A stretch of DNA of 63,437 nt, filler included, from Ministeria vibrans ATCC 50519 (lineage: Eukaryota; Protista; Filasterea): the NCBI GenBank assembly GCA_943704425.1. It is 4 parts of 4 records of this genome, joined end to end, with 100 filler letters (N's around TTAATTAATTAA, not from the genome) between each part and the next. Parts side by side here need not be neighbours in the genome. Positions count along the whole stretch, not along the records: positions 1 to 28,057 come from CALSCP010002779.1; 3 more parts are not named here. One strand, written 5' to 3'. Numbering within the stretch: the stretch's first letter is position 1; each line of letters begins with the position of its first letter. Shown here one piece after another: positions 12,701 through 22,472 of this stretch. A program made the position numbers and the translations under genes. The notes beneath the pieces were generated by a model. The model worked only from the letters and a program-made list of their open reading frames with translations. It did no database searches and had not been told where the DNA came from.

Positions 12701-14510
12701 TTGCGGCAAGCGACTCGAGGAACGACCCAATCATGTTCCAGCGCGATTCACGACAGGCCAGGAGAAACACACGCTCTTTGGTGGTCCAGTCACAGCCACT
12801 GGCGAACACGAACGAGGAGCCTTCCACATCATTATCATTGTCGCCGCCGCCGCCGCCGCCTCCTTCAAGCACTCGCCAGAGGGACTCGTCGACGGCACGC
12901 TGAAGACTACCGCCACAAACGGCGAGCAGAGCAGGAATGGCGGTGCCTCCCATGCGCGTCAGATGAGCACGCATGACCGACGCAGCGGGTGTCTTGACCA
13001 GACCCGGAAGGAGGTAGCGCACAAGCACAGTGACGCGTGTGTGGGCGACAGACACAGCATCGCCCACACGGTGCTGACTGCGCGACTCAATGAGACGCTG
13101 TTGCAAGAGCCCCACTTGCCACCAGGTAGGCGGAGGAAAGGGCAGTGCTGCATAGCTCTCAAGAACGTCCGTTGCGTCGACTGGCTCTTCGTGTTGCGTT
13201 GTTGTTGGTGTGGGTGTGTCTCCACTGCTCGCGGGCACCTGACCAGTGACACACGCGTTGGCAACGAGCGGTACCCAGTGTGTTTCGAGTCCTTGCAGAC
13301 GATCGACGGTGCGCAGAAGCAGTTTGGTGCACACAAGGGACTCGTCCGTGTCGGCTGTGAGGCCCGCGAGGACAAGCAGGTCACGCAAGAGTCTGAGAAG
13401 GACCTTGTTGACCGACGAAGTAGGTGAGGGTGTAGTTGTTGTTGTTGTTGGTGATGATGCTGATGATGATGATGATGGGTCGCGTGGGAGCGCATGAACG
13501 AGTTCTACGAGACAGAGCAGAGCGTTGGGGTTGCCAATGGTCACACGACGCGCAAAGGATTCGACAAGACGCGTGAGCCACACGACGTGGTTATCACTGT
13601 CATCATTGCCTGTTGTTGGTGTCATCGTTGGTACAGAGAGAGCTTCGTGAAGAGAGCAGGCGACGCGCAGGGCGTTGCGCATGAGGGCCGAGCTTGAAAA
13701 GGATTCGGCGTGTTCGTCGACTGCGTTAACAATGAGCTGAGCGAGGGACATGGCAAAAGGGCGCACTTGGACAAAAACTGCTGGACCCAAAGCTTGGTGT
13801 GTGGCTGACGCGGGCGTGACGAGCGGCGCGATTGCCTCGGCATACGACGCAGCGAGGCTCACAGCTTCGGCACGAAGGACCGACGACTCGAGCCAACGCG
13901 GTACTTGGTCGCGAAACACTTGCACAATGCACGAGGACTCGACAAACAGCTGGAAGGGCGTGTAGGCGCTGGCCAGGGCGCGAACATAGGCGACGCGTGC
14001 AGGGGAGGCGTCGTCAGGCGGAAGTCGATCGACGAGCGCAAGGGCTTTGTCGACCGACACGACGGCCGACACAAGCGACGCGGCCCCCGTGAGGATCGGC
14101 GTGGCCACGGTCGGACGCGACGCAAGCTCGACTGCTGCCTCGTACACAAAAGGGTGTACTTCACGCAGAGTGGAGCTGGCGCCGTAGAGTTCTTTCGACT
14201 TGAGGATTCGCGTGGCGAGTCGAAGAGACACAAGAGTGCCGCGTTGGACGAGTTCGCGCACAAACGACGCATGAAGACGCTCAAAGGCAACGAGCAGGCC
14301 CAACTGTCCAATAACACCGGTGTCGAGCTTGTCTAGGGGCGTGGTAAGCAAGTCGGCGCACCAACGTGTGAGAGTTTCACGCGTCGCAGTGTCCTTTGCC
14401 ATCAACGACAGCACGGCAACGGCAGGGCCCCGTTGACGCTTGTCTGGCAAGACAACCAAACGGCATTGCTTCTCGACCTGCTCCCGAGACAGCCCAACCT
14501 CAGACGACAT
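9714..14510 (-). CDS. THADA: THADA/Trm732-like ARM-repeat protein (DUF2428-type), intronless
   Basis: Long helical-repeat ORF with CAWRMVCEA, HKGA and MTRRGAGL (compare the THADA/Trm732 RRSAGLP motif). Likely ATG is MSSEVGL at 14510. Confidence 0.7.
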   Translation of the reverse strand: MSSEVGLSREQVEKQCRLVVLPDKRQRGPAVAVLSLMAKDTATRETLTRWCADLLTTPLDKLDTGVIGQLGLLVAFERLHASFVRELVQRGTLVSLRLATRILKSKELYGASSTLREVHPFVYEAAVELASRPTVATPILTGAASLVSAVVSVDKALALVDRLPPDDASPARVAYVRALASAYTPFQLFVESSCIVQVFRDQVPRWLESSVLRAEAVSLAASYAEAIAPLVTPASATHQALGPAVFVQVRPFAMSLAQLIVNAVDEHAESFSSSALMRNALRVACSLHEALSVPTMTPTTGNDDSDNHVVWLTRLVESFARRVTIGNPNALLCLVELVHALPRDPSSSSSASSPTTTTTTPSPTSSVNKVLLRLLRDLLVLAGLTADTDESLVCTKLLLRTVDRLQGLETHWVPLVANACVTGQVPASSGDTPTPTTTQHEEPVDATDVLESYAALPFPPPTWWQVGLLQQRLIESRSQHRVGDAVSVAHTRVTVLVRYLLPGLVKTPAASVMRAHLTRMGGTAIPALLAVCGGSLQRAVDESLWRVLEGGGGGGGDNDNDVEGSSFVFASGCDWTTKERVFLLACRESRWNMIGSFLESLAANNVALSHSANEALQALVDRLPTPLIPTSTLTALVERLTNPEHMHGRHVHVGLSLAHALLRAHPLLFCGTSVEEAVCVWCTRALHADCVVDDDADAVAQAAVAIALQVMPLMSGGASSHLCRTFHPTAMDQQALSVALSSLSGPRCTAAVSALRLGVAADPSSALTVRDFVVSQLEHHLSTAERNLTDASLHAPVHGPLCALRHITSFTNENEDVNDTHWVQLFEWSERVFAVAAIYVCAPAPEGSVAPTFAVCAWRMVCEACSFLADAAASSSSKIVSPARLSRAGLILMRLLKQVAHKGALSKASEAFATVCQALWHCAPSCPRRWLALFLASIDGTLAERSDAEDAEARQLVEGADSMTRRGAGLSQMIMVLVRGSSSVNSDDEEATLNEVIGETLAVIIRVCERTVARLQTDTLSLDDESHCISALYVAFALVRDSVTGPTSTLSLALSDLVRVCVACSRTIGASFPLQNAAHMTLSQCAARIQKAPLVHVARLADAITLPAESTTTATVTAETTTIALLACAESAFSRHRTPNAASREARDWQRRVAASSGHFSRVAAARALTALPFAPFDHDSVDALASQLVESHNTNATHGILLQLREILKRNKKTEARLSESLRSKLSSALLTCLSASPPPAILDILLDVVTLHDDKQLTREHVVPFAQRVLMDSALTASLTDTHPSESRCLAHLCTLALTAIAPFNAALCRCLLDSGSQELVAECLFHLMTMRGCLPLVVSSLADAVAQHALSDALRYPRLVAAATSVLVRLTRSRQCPHRDTVHRSALRAWSALEMSRGASAARLSLASLVGALLAPGEVCVTWACALAEWSMAVENCDARDAAVCALREYGYEKVFQSRTDKGATMSLLLVSALVRLCQDEDEQVSGAVCALVASAAASESVGVADRAVAVETVLRRALAVYPGVSRTVFAQWLSTGARDTVLKWATHNDKDDAVHSIAHLTALAHAETPSIALLFPPTRQSETVLTRECLTRIL

Positions 14511-14619
14511 GGAAGGACTGAGTGGGAAATTAATTGAGTAACAATTAACAAAGTAACAATAATAATTAATATTACACAAACGTTTATTCGATTTGTCACT
14601 TTGACAGTTCAGTTTCAAC

Positions 14620-14780
14620 TCATCCGTTTTTGGTCTTTTCGAGGGTCGCAAGAAGCTCTTTGCGAGCGGTTCCGTTCACAAGAGGATCACCATGGGCACT
14701 GTCAATAAGAACAAAACAATTAAAAAATCAGATAACATAAACAAAACTCATATATATATATAATTATTGTATATTATAAC

Positions 14781-14825
<45 letters not shown>

Positions 14826-15710
14826 GATTGAGTACGAGATCAAGTTGTGCCAATCGAGCTGGGCAATTTCGTCAAACTCCTCAATGAGTTTCTGCGAGTC
14901 TTTGGCAATGAATTTGAACCAAGCAGGACCCCACTAAGACGAACAAACACACAAACAGTCAGCCACGAAAATTGGACTTTGAACAAACGTCAACAACTGA
15001 CCTGAACGGGATGGGCGTTGAAACCCATCTTGTTCATGACAAAGGAGGCGAGAAAGGTGCAGTCGGCGCGGGGAGTGCGTGTCATGAGCGAATCACAGCT
15101 GAGCAAGAGTCCGTGACGCCCGAGCAGTAGACACGCACAGGGCCGTCGTGTCGTCTCAAAGACAAGGACGGACAACGATGCAACCGGTGGGAGGTGTTGC
15201 GGCGACATGTACTCAACTTGGTCCGTGAACAGCGCAACGGTGTCCCCTTTGGGTTTGCTCTTCGCGTCACACGCACCCGGCAGCACCCAGTACACCGCGC
15301 CAAACGTTTCCACGTAAAAGCGGTCGTCGGCGCCGTGGAAATGACCAATCTTCACCACATGGCCAATGCGGCCGTGTCGTTGGAGTTCCTCTATTATATG
15401 TGTAGAATACGTGTGAGACGAGAGTTGTTTCTGCGTTTTCTCAGTCTTACCGAGTCCCTCCTGGTTGAGCCGAACTGCGTTAATCAGAGTGAGCACTCCT
15501 TTGTGTCGCAGCACTACCATGTTTCGACCGAAGCGGATCAGGGCGTTCATTCTAAAAGAGACGATCAAGAGAGCGACTGATTTCCTGATTTCGCGACTGT
15601 GTCACTTCGTACGTTGCTGTGCCCTTGACAAAGAAGACGTCGGGAAGGATTTCCTTGACGGGACTGTGTGGGAGGGCAACAGGGTAGCCGCGCGAGTCCT
15701 TGTTTCTCAT
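14620..15710 (-). CDS. Metallo-beta-lactamase-fold (DUF4336-like) protein, 5 exons
   Basis: Spliced product LPHSPVKEILPDVFFVKGT..RNMVVLR..LTLINAVRL..HVVKIGHFHGADDRFY..LLSCDSL..LIS|AHG; stop TGA at 14620-14622. Confidence 0.7.
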
Positions 15711-16021
15711 GGTGGGGCCGAGGGATCTACAGACACACAAAGTGTGAAGAGCGAACAGTGAAAGAGTGTCAGGAGAATTCTACCGGCCATAGGCTGAGAT
15801 TGCGCCATAGACGACGGCAGCAGTGCCGGCAGCGAGTCCTCCGTAAAACGCCAGAGCCATGCTTAAAAAAAAGAAAGTGAGAGTACTTCATAGTTGTTCT
15901 ATGGAGACTTGAGAAAGGATTGGCTGAAATCATTGTATTATTGTTGTATTTATTTGGTGGGTATCAAAATGAATGTATTAATATATTAGTAAGGTAATGT
16001 GTAGCAGTTAAAGTTACTTTA

Positions 16022-17550
16022 TTAAACAATTGAGTACTGTAGCAAGGCAGCAAACTGACCGTCGGGCTTAGTCTGCACGAGCACCTTGACGTCGTCCTTG
16101 GCGTTGCTGTCGCGGCTGGCCATGGTGACGTCGCCGGTCCAGGGGTCGTCGGGGGAGGCGCGGACGAGATGAGTCCAGACGCCGCCTGTGGTGACGGCAA
16201 CCTTGGTAGCGTGGGGCACGCGGATGGCAAAGCGTTGGGTGGAGGCGGCGGTGAGGGTGCCGTCCAGCGGCTCAATGAGCTCTGCCTGTTGCAGGAGGAA
16301 GTCATTGAAGGGGATGGGGAGGAGCTGCGACGAGGCAGAGAGTTTGCCGGTGACGGTAATGCGGTATTCCATGGCAAACTGTGGGGCGATGCTCGAGTCG
16401 AAGCGCGACACAAAGAAGGGGAGGACGAAGGAGCCGGGCGAGAGGAACGACACGACGACTGTGGCAAGGCGGTCGGGACCCACCTGCACCAGAGTGGAGT
16501 TGGCAATCTCACTGCCGTGCGTGGTGGGGCGTAGAGAGGCGCTGAGACGCACGCCCTCGGGCAGGTACAGCTCGATGCAAAGTGGGTTGCCTGTGGTGCC
16601 ATCGACGGCAATAAAGGGGTGGCTCTTGAGCCGAAGGCCGTGGTGGAAGAAGGGCCGGCGCAGGTAGACGAGACCGACAAACTCCTCGCGCGTGATGGGC
16701 TTCTCGACGAGTTGCCATTTGGGCACGACGGGAAGATGATCGTGGAGAAACTCGAGGGGTGGCGTGCAGAAGAAGCGGTCGCTGACGGCCGGGACAAACT
16801 CGAGCTTCTCTTTGGTCATGGACACGGTCCCCGAGCCCCACGTCATGTCCATCAGCTCCCACTTGCCATCAAGCTCCACGGCAGACCAGTCGTGGTTGGG
16901 TTCGTCGGGGAGGGGCTGGCCCAGCGCGTGGCGATATCCTGCGTAAATACAATAAGCGAGTTCAGATGTTTGAGCAGGATACGTTGTGCGCGCAGCAGAA
17001 GACACAGGACACACACACACGCACACACACACACACATACACAGCTGTGTGCGCCACTGTGTGTGACGGAGTGGGAACACCCAAAGGGTAATCCCGACTG
17101 ACGTTTCCCATTTAACAGAATACTTTGTTTCGATGGTGTGACGTCCGTGCAAAACACGTTACCTTTTGTCCACCCGCAAATCGTGCGCAGTTTCAGTCCC
17201 AGTTTAACGGCGAGCTCTTCGGCGAGGATAGCATAGCCACTGCAGACGGCAAGGCAGTTCTCCAGAACGCTGTCGCCCGTGACGTTCTTGACTGTTTCTC
17301 TGACCGCAGAGGACCGCGCCAGCTTGCTCTTCTCGTAGGCGGGCAAGTCGTATCTGAGGTTGGTGGCGATCCACATGAACATGGCACGCGCACGATCGCG
17401 ATCAGTCTTCCCCGCTTTGCTCAGGTATTTTGCAAGCGCCGTCACACTGGTTTGGACCTTAACGGGTGTTTCTGCGACATACTTGTCAACGGCACTGTAG
17501 TCGAACACACCCGGCTTTGCCGCCCCCTGCTTCTTCTTTCCGAAGACCAT
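16022..17550 (-). CDS. Transglutaminase-like (KY/CYK3/Hillarin-type) cysteine peptidase
   Basis: RAMFMWIATNLRYD, AVCSGYA (Cys), NHDWSAV (His), MDMTWGSG (Asp), FFCTPPLEFLHDHLP. One intron at 16939-17162 joins WTK|GYR in frame. Confidence 0.85.
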
Positions 17551-17818
17551 TGGTGTAAAGACTCGGATAAATTTTGTGTTATTCACGATTCAGTATTCAG
17601 AGGTCAACCAGCAAACAAAAGGAAAAGCTGATTTGCGATCGACTATGAATCGGCCGTCTAAGGGGAAGTGAGGGCTCGGCCAGCACTAGATCTTAACACA
17701 CGTTAAAACTTTTAAACCGTTTATGAGTTTGAAGTCGATTGGAGGCATTTTTCAAGCAAAGCTGCGCACCGTCTTTTGTTTGGTACAGCCAGTCATAAAC
17801 ACAATAAAAAATAATACT

Positions 17819-18864
17819 TTACACACGGAAGTTGATGATCACCCACTGCGCAGACCCCAGACACTGGCGAGATGCTGCGCATGCAACATGACACTCATAG
17901 AGATGCTGTTGGCCACAAAGGAGCGGGTGAGACCGGGCGTAATGCCGCGGTACAGCCCGCGCACGCCCTCCCGCTCGATGGTGGCGCGCAGATGCGTCCA
18001 TGCACTCACTCGCCTAACACACAAGAAGAAGAAGAAAAAGAAGAAAAAAAAAGTTACACATCCCATAATATTATCATTCTATGGGTGTCTTACGTGAGGG
18101 AACTGCGCTGCTCAATGTTCTTGGCCAGCTCAAGGGGCCACGAGACAAACCATCCAAAGGAGGACGCAGAGCCGCTGACAAGCAGTGGGCCCACCAGCGG
18201 ATACGCTTCATACAACCCATTGCGTCGTGCCCCGTCAATCAGTATAAAGTACGTTCCCAACAGTACTTGAGTTCGCTTTGAAAAGACCACAAAAAAAAAA
18301 AACACAATCACCACAGTGCTCATGATTGGCACTGAGTGGCTTCATGCTTCTCTTCCGTTTCTCCTTCTTACCCCCCACGTAATGCCAAACCCTCGAGTAA
18401 GCTCCCGCACCTGCCAACTTGCACCTGTTTGTCTTCGCACCTGTAGTGTCAGAAGAGCACATCACTCATCAGTTTTCCGTCATGATGTGGGGTTAGTCTA
18501 ATTTTTGTGGCAACCTTGACAAGCTCAAGTGGCGTTTCGATGATGGCTCTTACAGTGGATGCAATCATTGACGCGGCAATAACCCTGTGTTCAAGACCGC
18601 CGACAAGATGCCGTTTGAGTGCCGGATGGTCCAGTCCCGTGTAGCACGCCTCAAAGACAGCAAACTGCGCGACACATTCGCTGTCAAAAGACATTTCCTC
18701 GTCGGGGGAAGGGGGTTGTTGTTCCTTCTCACCTGGACACTGCGATATATCCCCGAGCCAAACAGAGGCGGAATGAACCCGCGGTAGAGTCCGCGGAGTC
18801 CTTCGCTGCGGATCGTCCGTTTGAAGGCGCCTACCATCGAATCTTTCTCGTAACCCGACTGAGT
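17819..18864 (-). CDS. Mitochondrial carrier (SLC25 family), 5'-truncated
   Basis: EGLRGLYRG, TPLELVK, WPLELAK and EGVRGLYRGITP carrier signatures. The first PxD/ExxK motif and the start codon are missing upstream, where there is a (GA)n tract and an N gap. Confidence 0.85.
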
Positions 18865-18983
18865 CTGGCAGAGAGAGAGAGAGAGAGTTTGAGAGTTTGA
18901 GAAAGTTTGAGAGTTTGAGAGTTTGAGAGAGTTTGAGAGAGTTTGAGAGTTTGAGAAAGAGAAAGAGAAAGAGAAAGAGAGAA

Positions 18984-19023
<40 letters not shown>

Positions 19024-19025
19024 AG

Positions 19026-19030
<5 letters not shown>

Positions 19031-19105
<75 letters not shown>

Positions 19106-19114
19106 NNNNNNNNN

Positions 19115-19210
<96 letters not shown>
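19031..19210. repeat. (GA)n-gap-(CT)n microsatellite at the right LZTR1/SLC25 junction
   Basis: GA run, 9 N at 19106-19114, then CT run; the repeat strand flips across the gap. Confidence 0.9.
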
Positions 19211-19212
<2 letters not shown>

Positions 19213-19221
19213 TAGTCATAC

Positions 19222-20305
19222 CTGTAACGATGTTCTTACGGCCAGTCTAGACCAAGACTCTGTAGGAAAGTGGAATCGGAAAATATCATTGCTGGTCTTT
19301 GAGCCGGAGTGGCCACTGAAAAGATAGAGTGAGTCGTCAGCGACGGCCACTGGAAAGTTGCAGCAGGTAGGCGGGGAGTTTTCACGCTGTTCGACGCGAG
19401 ACCAGCGTGCAATAGGCTGCCCCTGGGAGTTGTGTTGGCGTGCAGTGTCGGTGTCGAGTCGCATGCGCCACATGTCGTTGAGGCGCATCTTGCCGTCGTA
19501 GCCACAGAGGATGTAGAGGTAGCCTTTGTAGACAACAGAGCCGTGCGCTGAGCGCGGCGCTGGAATCGATTCAGGATTGGCTTCGCTTGCCCAGTGAACC
19601 CAAGTTTCTACATTGAATGAACATTGGATTTGAAAAAAAAGAAATCAATCACCTAAAACAAACAAAACAAAAAACTACACTAGTTAGTTGTTTACTCGTC
19701 GCAAACCGATATTCGATCAGATCGCTGCGATTCTCCAAGTTGGTGTTGGCCAGCAAGTCGCCAGAATAGCCACCAAAGATGAACATGCTATCGCCGTGGA
19801 CCACAGCCGAGTGATGGTAGCGTGGACTGGGGGGCACGCCGACCGTGTCAACCACACTCCAAGTTGCACTTCTCGTGTCGAAGCGCAGAAGGTCGTTGAG
19901 CATTTTCGAGCCGTCGTCGCCGCCAAACACATACAGTGACGAACTTTCGTCCGTTACGTGCGCTCGCATTGTGTGTTTACTGCGACTGTACGCAGCAGAG
20001 TCCATACGAGTCAGCACAGCAGAAGTCAGATCTTGACGAATCTGTGGCCCAGCCCATCAGCTGGCATCCTACCTTGTCCCCACAGAGCACAGGGCTTGTC
20101 GGTTCCACCGATTAGATGCTTTTGCGGCCAGATTGACGGCGAGGTGTCCCTGGACGCGCCCAGACGTGGTTTGCGCAGGGGTGAACTTGACATCGTTTGT
20201 GACTGTGTGCGCTGCTGTCTCCGTTCGCAGCGGCGATTCTCGGTATGCCCCGGCGTACGGAATTTGCGGGGTCACCGCTGACGACGTAGACGACGAGCGG
20301 CTCAT
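19222..20305 (-). CDS. LZTR1: LZTR1, 5' half (Kelch repeats)
   Basis: [75 protein letters not shown]. These are near-diagnostic LZTR1 Kelch blades. GTATG donor at 19221. Confidence 0.92.
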
Positions 20306-20385
20306 TATCGTTCTTTTTTCTTTCTGAAAAGACTGAATTCTGAAAAGTGAATTATTATTATTGATTATTCGACAAATTTATTGCA

Positions 20386-22310
20386 ATGATGAGCAGCTCA
20401 ACACCTGAACAAGACATGTCGTCTGACTCAGTACTACTGAAACGGGATCAGGAGGAGGAGGAGGAGGAGGAGAGAGAAGCGCAACCGCCGCGGCGCCAAA
20501 AACGAAAATACGTGTGGCGTACGGCAGAAGAGAAGGAGCGCCCGAAGAGGAAGTACACACGACGGGATCCCGACGAGCTTGCCCGACCCAAGCGCAAGTA
20601 TGTGCGTCGAGATCCGGCCCAGAAAGCGCGTCCGAAGCGAATGTACGTGCGAAAACTTGGTGTGGACACGGCCGAAGCAAAACGCGAACACGCTCGCGAC
20701 TACGCAGCCGCCGAGTACATCCGCACCTTGCAACAGCGCACCGACGAGGATCTGGCGCTGCAACTTGGTGAGTGGGGCGTGCCGTTGCCTCACCCTGAGG
20801 AGCGGCAGAAGCGACTTCGACTGCTGTGCCGTCATGCGCACTGCGGCCGCATCGACCCGAAGTGTCTTGCCGATTTCAACTCCTGGCGCGAAACTGAGTC
20901 GCACAATCTTTTGGCAAGACTTTCAATTGCCCAGATGCGAACAGCATACTCTTGGATCAACGGCGGCATTGTAAAGCAGCTCAGAGCACATCATAACGGT
21001 GACTGCCCCGGCAGGCCGAGTCCTGACCACGAACAACTCATTGCCGGTCTTCTGCCTCACACTCTTGGCTATCGAATGTGGCACACGGTTGACGACACGC
21101 TCAGTTGCGTAAGCACGTAGACGGGAAGAAAAGAGCACATACAACATTAAATATTCTTTTTTATTTGTATAGATTTTCCGCTTTCTCGATGCACGCTCTC
21201 TGTTCATCTGTGGCTCAGTGTCGCGGTCGTGGCGCGCTACAAGCGAGTGCAACATGTTGTGGCGGCCCATTGCCCAGCGATTGTTTGGTTCGGAGAAGGA
21301 GTACTTATCTGTCCTATGGCCTTCTTTTCCCTTTACCCAATCGCGCTTGACGCCTTTCGCTGCTGCGTTCACCAGCGTCTTTGGTGAGTCCTTCTTCACA
21401 TTGCCGGCCATCTCGATCAAGTCAGTGCTGCTTGACGGTAATATTTGTCGCAGCTGCTTCAATTCGTATTTCACCATGGCAACGGGCGTCTGCTTCGATT
21501 GCTCAATTTCGTCGAAACTAGCGCGTGGCTGGCCTAGATTACACTGCTGCATCTCACGCAATGACATCCAACCGCAGGCGGCGGGATTTGACTCTTCTGG
21601 TACGCGTTTTACCTGTGCCGAGCACACCATTATCAAGGACGCGAACGCGACAGACAAGCAGCGAGAGAAGATGACCAACACACTCGTCACTACCACTCGT
21701 CGTTTTGTGCAGCCTCGCTTCGATGCGCGTCTCTGCATCGAGGAGGTCATTATTCGACACTCTCTTCCAGAAATTGCCGTAAGAGACGCACACGATTATT
21801 ATAATTCAGTTGGAAAGAGATGGTGACAGGGCGAGAATGATCAAACAATGTGTTGTGTGTGTGTGTGTGTGGTGTGTGTGTGTGTGTAGCATCCTTTTCT
21901 CCGTGATGCATGGGAGCGTTACCGCGAGAACGCACTTGGGCCGTGGATGAGGCGTATGACACGCCCCGTAGATGCATGGCGGCTCAGGAGCACCGACGAG
22001 GCGGTGTGTCAGAAGGAGGTGACGCCACTGCTCAAGGTACATTTTCATTTTCCGCTGTCTCGGTATGTTCTGACTCGTTGGTCAGGGAACTGCTGTGCGC
22101 CTATGGGAGAGGTACCAGCAAAAAGCGCTTGATGAGAAGGCCGCAGAGTTAGTGGCCAGTGCGGAATTGACGCGCGAGAAGGACCTGACGGTGTTGAGCG
22201 TGCGCCTGGGCGAGGTACTGCGCCAGACTATGGACTGTGTTGAGTCTGTGTCGGCGCGTGTCGCCGAGGCACTTGTGATGAGTCATTTGAGCCAGGTCCA
22301 CCCTCAATAA
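20386..22310 (+). CDS. F-box protein with N-terminal basic repeats and a Cys-rich region, 4 exons
   Basis: Exons 20386-21108, 21173-21778, 21890-22036 and 22086-22310 all splice in frame. The F-box spans exons 1/2: VDDTLSC|IFRFLDARSLFICGSVSRSWR..LW. Confidence 0.75.
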
Positions 22311-22472
22311 CTCACAATGAGTCTTTCTGTTTTTGTGACATTACTATAAATATGACGTACGAATTAATGTTGTTGTTCACTCTGCGACAGCGACTTTCGA
22401 GTTAGTTTCGACCACACACGCACACACACACTTTCGACACTGATCAATTATCAAATCATTTATTTCTGTTTC

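Noticed and set aside
18449-19327. ORFs with (ER)n/(LS)n tracts, also at 9021-9345 and 43055-43346
   Set aside because: These are translations of intronic GA/CT microsatellites.
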